A stretch of DNA of 64,000 nucleotides, taken from positions 24,275,920 through 24,339,919 of the forward strand of contig NC_068991.1 of assembly GCF_001194135.2 (NCBI RefSeq), read 5' to 3'. Positions 37,914 to 51,699 of the stretch are shown in pieces (position 1 is the first letter of the stretch; the number at the start of each line of letters is the position of its first letter). The translations under genes and the position numbers were made by a program. Source of the stretch: Octopus bimaculoides. Taxonomy: Eukaryota. The notes under the pieces are model-generated. The model had not been told where the DNA came from. It saw only the letters and a program-made list of their open reading frames with translations, and did no database searches.

Positions 37914-39916
37914 TTAATAAAATGAAGATTTTTTATAAAAGACAGAACACTTTTCGAATACGATTATGATGAATTAAGTTACAAGCAAAAACTATTAGCC
38001 ACTGATCTGAGTTTAATATGATGTGCTATTTTACTGCTGCAGTTTTTTGTTGTTGTTTTTTTTGCTGTTTTTTTTTTTGCTGCTTTTTATAAAATAAGTG
38101 AGTACTATTGTTGTACAATATTTACACCACAGTAGTTTAAATTTAACATAATAATGCATATATAAAAGAGAAATGACCACAGAATCGGTTCCAATGTTGT
38201 GTTAATTAAAACAGTTTTTATGAAGAAAGTGTTGTCATTGAACCAACTCTTGCATGATAGATTAAGTTTTTCTTTTTAATAAATGCTAGCGGCCCTTTAA
38301 ACGTTTTTTATAAATTCAGTATTCTGGTGTTAGGAGAGATAAATCTTTCCCTCTGTGTAGAAGAGGTAACTTCTGCTTAAATTCTGAAACATAATCCCCA
38401 CAGCTAAGTCAACTGATACAGCCGCATAAAAACAATGTAGCATCTGCAGTAAATACGAAATCACATTCCACTATTTCCACCTGGTTAACTATCATCTACG
38501 TTAGAATGCTGCTGGTTTTAAATTAACCGACACTCAGAGATAAATGTCAGGTTTGAACAGAGAGCATAGATCTGGTGGTTCCAAGAGGGATCAGCGAAAT
38601 TACATGTCTGATGTAAGTAGAAATAGTCTCGATAAGGCCCATTCTTACTACTTTGAAGAGTGCAACTACTGTCTGCGTATCTTTGTGAGAAAATGCACAT
38701 ATTGCAACAGCCCACTATATATCTTAATAAGAAAACGGACACAAACAGACCATTCTGTTAATTTTCAGTTATTTCTTGTTAATAAGCGTTGCCTGAATTT
38801 TAACCGAAATTTAATTCCATCTAAATTTCTTCTTACTGAGACAAAATGTTGTCTCCCATCTATTCATTTCACTACATGACATAAAAATATCAATATGAAG
38901 AAGTTTTCCTTGCGGTGAAAATTAACCTTATTTAGAAACCATAACTGCTTTATCAACCAGTATTTAAGTGTCCGAGCAATCGGTTGATTTTTTTTTTTTT
39001 TTTTTTTTTTNNNNNNNNNNNNNNNNNNNNNNNNNNNNNNNNNNNNNNNNNNNNNNNNNNNNNNNNNNNNNNNNNNNNNNNNNNNNNNNNNNNNNNNNNN
39101 NNNNNNNNNNNNNNNNNNNNNNNNNNNNNNNNNNNNNNNNNNNNNNNNNNNNNNNNNNNNNNNNNNNNNNNNNNNNNNNNNNNNNNNNNNNNNNNNNNNN
39201 NNNNNNNNNNNNNNNNNNNNNNNNNNNNNNNNNNNNNNNNNNNNNNNNNNNNNNNNNNNNNNNNNNNNNNNNNNNNNNNNNNNNNNNNNNNNNNNNNNNN
39301 NNNNNNNNNNNNNNNNNNNNNNNNNNNNNNNNNNNNNNNNNNNNNNNNNNNNNNNNNNNNNNNNNNNNNNNNNNNNNNNNNNNNNNNNNNNNNNNNNNNN
39401 NNNNNNNNNNNNNNNNNNNNNNNNNNNNNNNNNNNNNNNNNNNNNNNNNNNNNNNNNNNNNNNNNNNNNNNNNNNNNNNNNNNNNNNNNNNNNNNNNNNN
39501 NNNNNNNNNNNNNNNNNNNNNNNNNNNNNNNNNNNNNNNNNNNNNNNNNNNNNNNNNNNNNNNNNNNNNNNNNNNNNNNNNNNNNNNNNNNNNNNNNNNN
39601 NNNNNNNNNNNNNNNNNNNNNNNNNNNNNNNNNNNNNNNNNNNNNNNNNNNNNNNNNNNNNNNNNNNNNNNNNNNNNNNNNNNNNNNNNNNNNNNNNNNN
39701 NNNNNNNNNNNNNNNNNNNNNNNNNNNNNNNNNNNNNNNNNNNNNNNNNNNNNNNNNNNNNNNNNNNNNNNNNNNNNNNNNNNNNNNNNNNNNNNNNNNN
39801 NNNNNNNNNNNNNNNNNNNNNNNATATATATGCACATATGTATGTATGTATATACGCGTATTTATACATACATAGACATATAAATATATTGTTTCTTCTT
39901 TTTTTCTTTTTTGCAG

Positions 39917-40048
39917 TTAATTGGACCGCAGTTTATTCTTGCAGTCAAGCCAACCATGAAAGATAAATGGACAATAGAAACTGAAGAAGCCTGGTCGGAC
40001 TTTTTCAAGTATATAACTTCTATAATGAAAGAAGCAATGATATTTTGA
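39917..40048 (+). CDS. Globin coding exon 3: LIGPQFILAVKPTMKDKWTIETEEAWSDFFKYITSIMKEAMIF*
   Basis: Long pyrimidine tract plus ttgcag acceptor at 39916, phase 0. G and H helices with the two typical Trp residues; TGA at 40046-40048. The joined CDS is 191+226+132 = 549 nt = 182 aa plus stop. This frame is missed by the ORF track. Confidence 0.95.
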   Translation, partial: LIGPQFILAVKPTMKDKWTIETEEAWSDFFKYITSIMKEAMIF

Positions 40049-40154
40049 AAATTAATGAAGCGGATCTTTTTGAATATTTTTTCATTCTTTTTTAATTATT
40101 GTATCATATTAACTGTATGTGTGTGTATGTACACAGCACACAACACAAGTCAAA

Positions 40155-40297
40155 ATTAAATAGGAAAACATTAGTGTACTACAATATATGTATACTCTGC
40201 AGAATTCCCCAGAAAATAAATGATGGTGGGAGGAATACTGTTTACATAGTAACATGATAAAACACAAATAACTTAAATTTGTTACAAACAAAATAAA
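40155..40297 (+). promoter_or_regulatory. Candidate polyadenylation signals of the globin gene
   Basis: ATTAAA at 40155-40160 and AATAAA at 40215-40220 and 40292-40297, downstream of the stop. The sequence is AT-rich, so chance hits are possible. Confidence 0.35.
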
Positions 40298-42008
40298 AAT
40301 TTTATTAATCATGTGTGAATATAACGGTCACAAAAATCAAATTCCGGCGGTGGCATCTGCACCAACCATATTGGCCTTCCATGATATAACAAGAAGCAAT
40401 ACATGCCAACGTAACTTCGTCCAGAAGATGAGACTGTAAAGGTCTGAAGATGCCGATAATGGATATAGTAATTTTATTGGTCTAAATGATCACCAAGGAA
40501 CTTATACGGAAATATTTTTAAAAACTTGATAAACAAGATAAAACAAGACCATACATGTTTTCAATACAACTTACGTACACACACATGTGTGTGTATTTTG
40601 TGTGTGTATGTATATATATATNNNNNNNNNNNNNNNNNNNNNNNNNNNNNNNNNNNNNNNNNNNNNNNNNNNNNNNNNNNNNNNNNNNNNNNNNNNNNNN
40701 NNNNNNNNNNNNNNNNNNNNNNNNNNNNNNNNNNNNNNNNNNNNNNNNNNNNNNNNNNNNNNNNNNNNNNNNNNNNNNNNNNNNNNNNNNNNNNNNNNTA
40801 TATATATTATGGTGTTGCGATTGCTTTTTGTTGCTACTGTGAATTTCATGAATCCTCGCTAATCCTGAATTTCGTAATCTGCGAGACTTTGCGCAACTCG
40901 AAGTAGCAATAGAGAATAATCTCAAGGCCATAATATATAATTACATTGTACTTCTGTATTGGTCACTTTTTCTTCTTGTTTGTAAATTCAAATGTACGTA
41001 CGTGTGTGTGTTTCTGTGATGCATGTATGTGTTTCTGTGGTGTATTGTGTGTCTCTATGGTGTTTATATATGCGTGGATGCATAAATTTTCCGCCAGTTA
41101 TAATTAGGAAGCTTGTTACCCACATTAGTACAGAAGTTCTGATGTGTCCTTAGACTAATAGCTTCCATAAAACAGTGCTCTATTATAACAATGCCGCAGA
41201 TATAAGCAACTTCAATGAGAAAGTAGCTTATATGGATAAGATCCTACCTACAGGAAGAGGAAGCTAATCTAGCTTAATCAGCCAGGCAATGTAGGTGTTC
41301 CCACAAACATAGCTACGAATTTCCTAGCTTTAACAAGACATTGTTTTCCACCCACGCACAACTAACGTAAGCTCTTCGACCACACAACGTTCAGGTCATT
41401 TATTCCTGACTGAACAGATCAAATAGTATAAATGAAAATACACATCCATAGAACCCTATTCCAAACTCATACTTGTAACTATCGAAATCCATCTACCTGT
41501 TTACTAAAGGGGTCCTGAGTCTCTAAAGTAATCCCATCCCGAGCAACTATAACAACAACCACATGACATTGAAAATAATATTTTCAATACAAGTCTAACT
41601 GCAAATATTTTCAAAGGCTGTTCTTATCAATATCTCCATTCATTCAAATTAAGGAACAAAAAAATATCACATCTCTGTCGAGCTTAGATGACCAGGAATT
41701 GGCTTGTTCTCCAGTAATACGAACTGTAGTTTAATCAGGCCGCTCCATACTTGAACATGTCACGGAACTTTAGGATTTGCCTAAGAGAAATGTTCCAGAT
41801 TCTGAAGCAACCTGCAATATCTCCTCATTAGAGAAAAAATATTCTTCATTTGCAGCCACTTCAGTAGAGTTCTCCTGGAAATTTTCCATCCGTCCAAAGG
41901 ATTAAGTCTATAAAGAATCGATTTAGCACGATCTAGCCAGCTTCGTAGTATCATTCTCTTTATAGATGTGAGTATATGTATGTATGTATGTATGTATATA
42001 TGTATGTA

Positions 42009-42041
<33 letters not shown>

Positions 42042-42850
42042 ATAAAAGCCAGTAAGTAGACCAGCTTCACGTGGCCATTTTCGCCTCAAATTTTTCGTCG
42101 TCTTTCCTCCTCTTTTTCCACTACATCCATATTTTTTCTGCTCTATCCATATTTTCTCTTATCCATCCATATTCCGAAAAAGGTCAATATCCGAAAGATC
42201 ATTATTAATTCTCTCATTTTCCCTGTGCAACAAAATTATCCTTTTGATTGTGAACTTATCCCATTTTGTTTTTTGTTTNNNNNNNNNNNNNNNNNNNNNN
42301 NNNNNNNNNNNNNNNNNNNNNNNNNNNNNNNNNNNNNNNNNNNNNNNNNNNNNNNNNNNNNNNNNNNNNNNNNNNNNNNNNNNNNNNNNNNNNNNNNNNN
42401 NNNNNNNNNNNNNNNNNNNNNNNNNNNNNNNNNNNNNNNNNNNNNNNNNNNNNNNNNNNNNNNNNNNNNNNNNNNNNNNNNNNNNNNNNNNNNNNNNNNN
42501 NNNNNNNNNNNNNNNNNNNNNNNNNNNNNNNNNNNNNNNNNNNNNNNNNNNNNNNNNNNNNNNNNNNNNNNNNNNNNNNNNNNNNNNNNNNNNNNNNNNN
42601 NNNNNNNNNNNNNNNNNNNNNNNNNNNNNNNNNNNNNNNNNNNNNNNNNNNNNNNNNNNNNNNNNNNNNNNNNNNNNNNNNNNNNNNNNNNNNNNNNNNN
42701 NNNNNNNNNNNNNNNNNNNNNNNNNNNNNNNNNNNNNNNNNNNNNNNNNNNNNNNNNNNNNNNNNNNNNNNNNNTATATATATAAGCATACATGCATGTG
42801 TATGTAAATACACACATACACACACAGAGACACATGTACACGCACACACA

Positions 42851-43078
42851 TACGGTGGGGGCTGAAAAATCTCTGGATTTGAGTAAAAGAAAATACATGG
42901 GGATCAGTTAATTATGATTTTACTCAACATATTTCCCTCTCAGATTCACACACATATTGCAGTGGTTCTTCAGTTTTTTTCTAAGCCCTGTAAAAGAACT
43001 CGGAAGTTTGGGCCTATAATCAGGCCTTTCGCAACACCCTTGAATCCAGGAACTTTTGAGTACACCTCCCACCTCGTA
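42851..43078. mobile_element. Mariner-type MITE or remnant
   Basis: TA-flanked degenerate TIRs: tacggtgggggctgaaaaatctctgga and tccaggaacttttgagtacacctcccacctcgta. Confidence 0.5.
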
Positions 43079-43318
43079 TATATGTATTCATCCATTTATG
43101 TATATATAAAGTATATGTAATGCCACGCACATGAGTTTATGTGTGCATGTCTATAAATAAAATGCTCCATGTTGATATTTTTGTTGGTGAGTTTATGCTC
43201 GCAACTTATAAAAAACTTGAAACTTACGTAAGAAACGCTTGAATTAATTGCCCATTGAAATTTAATATAAGCATCGAAAAGCATACTTTGTTTTAAGTTC
43301 TTCTTGAATAATCTACAT

Positions 43319-44089
<771 letters not shown>

Positions 44090-44090
<1 letters not shown>

Positions 44091-46459
44091 CTATAAAAGT
44101 GTTGTGTCGACGCCCTCAAGCGAAGAAGTAGGCTCGACCAAGACATATAAATAGAGGTAGTCTGACCGTGGTAGCGGTGGACTGACAGTCGACTGACGGT
44201 TGAATAACTGTTGAGTAGCAGACGAGTAGCGGTTGAATAGAGATCATCCGAAGGTGCTGAATTCAGATTTGTTTACGTCTGTTTATCGGCTGCTTTCTCA
44301 TTCTCTTTCATTTGTGACCTCATTTTTTGCCCTCGTGGCTCCTAAGAAAATTCATAGTGAAAGTGCTAAGCGTCATGCTAACGCTGGAAGATAAACTGGC
44401 TATAAAATGCCATGGAAAAGGTGAAAAAGTGATAGCAGTTGCACGATCTTTTGGGATGAGTCGGATAACTATATCGACGATTGTACATAATAAGGACAAT
44501 ATTTTAGTACATATCAAATCTGAAGTCCCAGAGATGAAGAACACTGTTATCGATAAGAAAAGAGGCAAGATCTTTGAAGAAATGGAAAGTCTTCTTTCTC
44601 TTTGGATTGTTGGGTTGAATCGTCAGGGTGCGACTATTAGTCAAGAAGTTATTCAAGAGAAAGCGTTGTCTTTCTTTGAGGACCTGAAGAAAAAATATCC
44701 AGATGAGAAAGATGTAGAGTTTAAGCCAAGTCATGGATGGTTCATGAGATTTAAGGAGCGAAGAAGTTATCGCTCCATAAAGAAGCAAGGTGAAAGTGCA
44801 TCGGCTGACAAACAAGCAGCAACGGAATTTCCTAATGCATTAAAGAAAATCATCGAAGAAAACGGGTTTCTTCTCGAACAGATTTTTAACGTAGACGGAA
44901 CTGGATTGTATTGGAAAGAATTACGAGACCGTTCATTCTTTTCCAAGGAAGAGAAAACTATTCCAGGCTACAAGGTCTCAAAAGAACGTGTGACCATTAT
45001 GTTGGGAGGTAATTGTGCAGGAGATTTTAAGTAAAAGCCATTGCTTGTGTATCATACACACAACTCCCGTGCCCTGAAGAACATACCCAAGGCAATACTC
45101 CCTGTTATTTGGATGGCAAATTCAAAAGCATGGGTTACTGTTGTTTTTGAAGATTGTTTTTTTCAGTCATTTTATCCCAGCAGCAGAGAAGTACTGTAAG
45201 GAGAAAGGGATTCCTTTTAAGGTTTTACTTATCTTAGATAATGCTCCTGGCCACCCGCAAAACACCGTAGATTTTGACCCCAACGTTATTGTCATATACT
45301 TCCCTCCGAACACTACGTTTCTTCTGCAGCCAATGGATCAGGGAATGATAGCTATCTTCAAGTATTACTATATGAAGCATACGCTGCGGCAAGCAATAGC
45401 TACAACTGATCTTGATGAGTCCATCACATTTCGCGACTTTTGGAAGAGATACGATATCTACAAGGCAGTATAGAACATAGCAGCGGCATGGAATGATGTA
45501 CAGAGCACGGCAATGAATGGTGTATGAAAGAAGCCATGCCAGAAATTCGTGAATGATTTTAAGGGGTTTGATAATGTTGCCATCAACAAAACGCTGGTGA
45601 CTACGAATAAAGAACTGGAAATGGATTTGGAGGCGGAGGATTTCACAGATTTATTTGAAAAAGACAAACAGCCCCTGACGAACGAGGATTTGATAGATCT
45701 TCACGAGCAGCAAAATAAAGAAGAGAAAGTCGAACCTGAGCCACGCCACTTTACCATTAAGAAAATGCAGCAAGCATTTGCATATAACGAAAGAGGTCTT
45801 TCTATGTTCGAGGATATGGATCCAAATGCTCAACGCTTTTCCAAGATTATGGGGGTTTGTCACGAAGCTTTTGTTCCTTATAATGTAATCCTTGAGGAAA
45901 AGAAGAAGACAGTTCAAGGAACTCTCAACCAGTTTTTTTTAAGCGCATCGAACAACAAGAACATCCAGAGTCAGCTGTTGGTACTGACGATCCACAGCCA
46001 TCTACATCCACGATGTAAACCACCAAATTGTATGTACGTATTGGTAAATTTAAAATTATTTTTTTTTTTTACTATTGCAAAATAATAATAATTACTGAAT
46101 TTGTTTTTTAAGCTTAAAAAAGGCTTTTATTTTACCATGTTTTATTGCAAACCGCATTCATAAATAAAGCGTCCATGATGTACGGTAAGCACTACCAAAT
46201 TGTATTCGTAAATTTAGATTACGTAAATTTAGATTATTTGTAAGCTTAAAATAGGTTTTTATTAACCATGTATTATTGAAAATGCATTCATAGATAAAGT
46301 ACAGAACTGGGAATAGTTATTATCAGTTTAGGATAGAGACAAGTAAATTAGGTCTAGCCTAGCCTAGCCTAGAGACAAGTTAATTCGACTTAAGTCGTTT
46401 TTCAACTTGAGTCGTGTCTACTGAAACCAATTAACGATGTAGGGTGAGGTATACCTGTA
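44090..46459 (+). mobile_element. Tigger/pogo (DD32D) transposon: near-complete pseudo-transposase, right TIR intact
   Basis: CENP-B-type HTH (FKPSHGWFMRFKER), IFNVDGTGLYWK, and LILDNAPGHP...LQPMDQG with 32-residue spacing. In-frame stops (for example 45032-45034) and frameshifts. The right end reads TA-caggtatacctcaccc on the minus strand (46441-46459). Left TIR not found. Confidence 0.93.
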
Positions 46460-47190
46460 CTTAGGAATCAATGAACTAGATACGATACAACACACACAAA
46501 TGAAAGAGGAGATAATAAAAGAATACTACAGACGAGTTAGATTAATATTGAAAACAGAACTCAATACGAAAGACAAGATAATAGGTATCAACACTCTAGC
46601 CGGCCCAGTTATAAGTTACAGCTACAATATTCTTAAGTGGATTTTAAATGAACTAATCAAAATAGACAGGAAAACAAAAAAATAATGAGAGGATTTAGAA
46701 TGCACCACCCAAAATCTGACATAGAAAGGTTATATATACAACGTATCGAAGGTTGTAGAGGCCTTATAAAGTTAGAAAACTATTATAAAATAGTCACCAT
46801 AGGACTATAGAAATACATACATCAGAAGCAAGGAAAACTAATACAAATAGCCACAAAACACGACCAAAACAAAAAAAAACTGTTTTCAATCTTTAAGGAA
46901 GCTGACAAATACAAAAAAGAAGTTATACTACCTAACAACTAGGAAGAAAAAGAAGAAACGACAAAAGCTGTAAAACAACTGAAAGCCAAACTAAAACTGG
47001 AACAGCAACGGATCATGATAAAACGATGGCAAGAAAAGCCTTTCGTGGCAAATACTGGATAATACTTAACAAAAAAGACAGACAATGGCTGAGAAGCCCA
47101 GGACGCAAAGCAGGGACTGAAGGATTTTTAATTCCCACCAGAAATTACCAAAGACATGTAAGGAAAAGAAATAGAACAACCATGGAAGAT
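46460..47190 (+). mobile_element. R4/Dong-like LINE fragment after the RT, interrupted by the Tigger at a TA
   Basis: YLGINELD...KEYYRRVRLILKTELN...INTLAGPVISYS, MHHPKSDIERLY, WLRSPGRKAGTEGF. Confidence 0.82.
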
Positions 47191-47337
47191 GCCCCTCCTG
47201 ATTTCTACTGTCCCTATGTTTTTCTGCTTTTCTGTTAAATATGTTGCTTTTAATGATCCTTTAACGAGTCTTTGATTACTGTGAACTTATTTTTCTATGT
47301 TTCTACCTCAATTCTCTATATGGATATATGCAGATAA

Positions 47338-47406
<69 letters not shown>

Positions 47407-47574
47407 GCCGGTCTATGGAGTTTTCCTAGGTTTCGAGGCCATAAAACGCTTAGCTTTACAGCGTTTCTTCAGACCCTAAAACCCGTTGGCCTACGGCCTC
47501 TCTAGCAAGTGGCTACTCAAGAAAATGGAGGAGGAAAAGACTTCGTTACTCAATACGGGATTGTCTCCCTTTGA

Positions 47575-48085
47575 CCACTATTAATTGACATTCATCAACA
47601 CAGCATCCTGCTGCTCACTTATCGTGTTCAAAATCTTGGTGAAGGGTGTCAGCAAGAGGATCACGAACCTTTCTTGTAGCCAAGAGATTTTTTATGCAAC
47701 AGCTCCCTACTATAACGAAGCACTAGCTGCTTGCAGATTTTGGAGCCACATCTCTTATATGCCGGGCCCTAACACCTGCAAAAGGAACCGCCTCAAAAGT
47801 ATCATTTGGTTTTCCGCCTCTTTCTCCCTCAATGTAAAAACGTGTATGGGTACGATATTCCTTAGGTTAGTAGATAAACACTTCACACGTTCACATAGGT
47901 ACGACACATTTTCAACAGGCACAACCTAAGGGTCCCTTAACTGCGCTTCCAATATTAAGAGCATTCTAGCCAACACCCGTAGGCTACGAGCGGAGGCGGG
48001 ATGTTAACGCAGGGACTACAACAGATGCCCAGTTGGAGGACATTTCTAAACCAAAGGAGTCGTCTATGAAGCTGAGGTGGTCGCC
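47575..48085 (+). mobile_element. Penelope-like element fragment (RT C-terminus and linker toward GIY-YIG)
   Basis: KRITNLSCSQEIF...YYNEALA...RNRLKSIIWF...FLRLVDKHF, then CPVGGHF and GVVYEAEV. Confidence 0.8.
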
Positions 48086-48215
48086 GACCCTAGTAGTAGC
48101 AGCAACAGCAGCAGCTTTCCTAACGACTACAACAGTAGCAGGACTGACAGTGCCAATAGCAATAGCAGAAACCCGAACAGAAATAGCAGCAGCACCATCG
48201 TCAACGGTTAGCACT

Positions 48216-48755
48216 GGATCGGAAGTACCAGATCTGTAGTGAACCGCGGATCTGTGGTGAGCACTGGATGTAACGTTATTACTTGTTTTATCTTGAGCGC
48301 TTGATCTGCGCTGATCTCTGGATCTATAAAAGATTGCCTCTTCAAGGCAATAAATCAGTGGTTAGTACTAGATCTGTAGTGAACACTGGATCTGTAGTTA
48401 ACGCAGGAGCTTGGGTTAGCATTAGAACTGCGGTTAGTACGGATTTGTATCCTGCACTGATTCATGAGTTAACACTGGATTTGTAATCGTCGCTGGATCT
48501 GTGGTTAGCATTGGATCTGTAGTTAACACTGAATTCGTAGTTAGTATTGGACCTGCGCTTAACACTAGCTCTGCAAAACACTGGATCTGTGGTTATCATT
48601 TGGTCTGTTGTTAGCACTGGATCTATGGTTAGTGAAACTCTGGGTCCACGATTGGCAATAGATTTCTGAAGCACTGGATCTGTACGGTCATTTTACATAC
48701 ACTGTATCTATAAAACACTGAGTGTGAATAGCACTGGATCTGTGATTAACACTGG
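48216..48755. repeat. Degenerate 18-bp minisatellite, consensus GTTAGCACTGGATCTGT(A/G)
   Basis: Recurrent gttagcactggatc / gtgaacactggatctgta units in two blocks (about 48216-48272 and 48361-48755). Confidence 0.8.
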
Positions 48756-49517
48756 GTGTTATTGAAACTAATTTGTGGTTATCTCCCAGTGATTCAACCG
48801 ACTACCTACATAATATAATTCTGAAAGATCACAGGGTTAACGAACCCACAACAACAACAACAATAACAACACGGTCGACACAACTGACAAAGGAGAGTGT
48901 ATGTAATCAACGGATGTGTAAAAAAAACTCCTCCGAAAAGCTTCTCTTTCACTGCAGGGCTTTATAATGAAAGCTGTATATTTTAAACACCAGCTTCCTT
49001 CGCCACTATCACCACTGCCAGTACCTCATTAAAGACGATGCAAGCACAGGAAAAAAATATTGATAGAATGATTTTCCCGATCAGTGACCTCTGTGAAGTA
49101 GAGATGCCAGATGAATTGTGTTGCTGAACATCAACAGTAGCATTGTATAATGAGAAACTTTCTTGTCTAGATTTTGCCGACGAATATTTGTACAGAAAAA
49201 TCTGCATACGCACGCACACGCACACACACACACACACACACATACACACACACACATTATCTATTATAAACTATATCTACTCATATAGACAATTACATGT
49301 ACTCGAATATACATACGTATATACAGGCATATGTGTGTGTGCCTGTGTATGTGTGCATGTATGTACTTGCGTGTGTATGTGTGCGTGTGCGCGCGTACAT
49401 GTACACATACATAGATTGATTGATAGATACATATTGGTATAGGTATATACGTGTATGTGTGTATGTGCATATTTATATGTATATACACATTTATGTATAT
49501 ATTTTTCTTTCCTCTAT

Positions 49518-49551
<34 letters not shown>

Positions 49552-49764
49552 CATAAGCATATCCTTCCGGGCAATTCGATGCCTTTGTGTGTACGCGTAT
49601 GCACACTTTCGTATTACACAACCCATCACATCTATATAAATATCATATATAGATGTGTACGTATATACGTGTATGTATGTATGTGTATGTGTGTGTGCGT
49701 GCGTGCGTACATACATACATACATACATACATACATACATGCATACATACATACACAGACAGAC

Positions 49765-50165
49765 GAAGTTGAATATATTGAGACCGATGGGTCAAAAGAA
49801 TATTGGTGGAACTTAAAAATTAAGACAATCACCATGTTAAAACACAACCGGCCAGATATTGTTGTGTGGGACCATTAAGAAAAGATATGTACTGTTGTGA
49901 TAATCAGCTGCCCTCTAGACACCAATGTGGTAAGGAAAATACAAGAGAAAGGAGACATCTATGGACTGTTAATGAAGAGTTTGAAAATCCAGTACCCAAG
50001 ATACACTTTCATACTTATTATGGGAGCAACCGGATACATAACAACCAACCTTGAGCAAAGTATGGCTGAACTTGGAATTTGGGGTAGAGAATGCAAATCC
50101 TTAATTCATATGCTACAAATGATCATGATATCTGAGACTAAAATCTCTGCAAGACCGTCTTAAGA
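49765..50165 (+). mobile_element. RLE-type LINE (R4-like) C-terminal endonuclease fragment
   Basis: HNRPDIVVWDH*EKICTVVIISCPLDTNV...EKGDIYGLL...MGATG matches the PD-D-K restriction-like endonuclease pattern. Confidence 0.78.
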
Positions 50166-50313
50166 TTTCAATGATATTGATTAAATCAAGATACTTTCCC
50201 TCACAACCTTACTATCAATTTGGTGGCCGGTTAAAATTTACTCGAAATAAAAAAGAGAAACAGAACACATATATGCAAACACGCACATATTTACATGTGT
50301 ACTATATATAACT

Positions 50314-50587
50314 AGCACTCCGTCGGTTACGACGACGAGGGTTCCAGTTGATCCGATCAACGGAGAAAACCTGCTTGTGAAATTAACAAGCAAATTACTG
50401 AGCCATCTCGGGCAGACAAGGTTGGCGCTTTGAAATACAGGTTCGACTCATTTTTGCCAGATGAGTGAGCTGAAGCAACGTGAAATAAAATGTCTTGTTC
50501 AAGGACACAACGCACCTCCGGGGATCGAACACATAACCTTACAATCGTTAACCAAATACCCTAACCACTAAGCCACGCACCTTCACA
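50314..50587 (-). mobile_element. SINE family C
   Basis: Minus-strand head gtgaaggtgcgtggcttagtggttaggg...gttcgatcccgg. Confidence 0.8.
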
Positions 50588-51699
50588 ATATACATTTGCA
50601 ATATTCGTATAAATATGTGAATGTATACATACACACATGTATATTTATGTGCGTGCGTGTGTCTGTGTGTGTGGCAGCATATTAGCTATTCTTATGTATG
50701 CGTGTATGTATATATGTTATTCATAACTAAGATCCAAGCAGCCATATATAGGATGCTGTCACTCGTAATTTAAGACGCGTTTTTTTTAAGGAAAGATTGT
50801 ACTTTTCAATCACGTTCATTTATTACATTGACAGTTTTATAATATATATGGCTTTTCTTTTTCTTTTGCGTTAAATATATACGTGTGTATAATTGAAAAT
50901 TGTACAGAAAATAAGAAAGCCATTATTTGCGACACAGAATATTTCTGGGATAAAGATCTTGTATTGTCTTCTTTTCTTTTATTTTTTTTTTTTCCTTCGT
51001 GGGGGATGTAAGTGAAAATTATACCGCAAATAACAATCGAAATCATGAGGTAATTGCAGTATAAAGAATGGCAGAATTGCAGTATAAACACTTCATATAA
51101 AAAATATCTATGATGGAAAATGATAATGTATGATAAATATACGTGAAATATATTGTCACTTGTACAGATGCGAATCGCGTCAAAAAGCACCGAATTTCTT
51201 TTATAAATGGAACAAATATACCAACGAAATAATTGAGATATGAACAACCGAAAGCAACAAGTGTTCTAAATATTGGATGCTGCAGCTGGAAATATATAAA
51301 TAATAGAAGAAAAAATGCAGGAACTTCACAGATATTGGTTAAATGAAGTAATAAATACTAGATAAATGAAATTCCATGTTAAGATTCGTCTTATGAAAAA
51401 CAGGGAATTTAAATTAAAAATTACAAAACGTTAGATTGTGAGAAGATATGTGTGTTATTAGAATGTGGGGAGAAGTATACATGAGGTGATATGAGGGGGA
51501 AGAGAAAGAAGGAGATATATATAAGTATACAAATATAAATATATAAATATCTATGCATATATATATCATATAAAGAAATACATAGATTTCTGTATATGAT
51601 ATATATATTATATACATATTTGTATATAGTACATATACATAGATACATATATATATATATATATATATACATGCATATAGGTTCGGCATTATTCTAACC

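Noticed and set aside
38551-38612. Cassette (poison) exon in globin intron 2 (cag|...|gtaagt)
   Set aside because: There is no pyrimidine tract, and such matches are expected by chance in 23 kb.
40439-40475. Hammerhead relic downstream of the globin stop (CTGAAGA-TGCC...TATAGTA-ATTTT)
   Set aside because: The GAAA half of the core is absent, so the call would need an assumed deletion.
41100-41960. L1/Tx1-like RT remnant on the minus strand
   Set aside because: Only a weak FSNEEI-type resemblance amid many stops.
47405-47520. Hammerhead on the minus strand beside the 47575 PLE fragment (CTGAAGA at 47466-47472, GAAAC at 47430-47434)
   Set aside because: Stem II (AACGCT/AGCGTT) closes 10 nt before GAAA, and there is no UH triplet or proximal stem I after ACCTAGG. 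The region is structured but cannot be drawn as an HHR without assuming several deletions.
48216-48755. CRISPR-like array
   Set aside because: The units are contiguous and degenerate with no unique spacers, the context is eukaryotic, and there are no cas genes.
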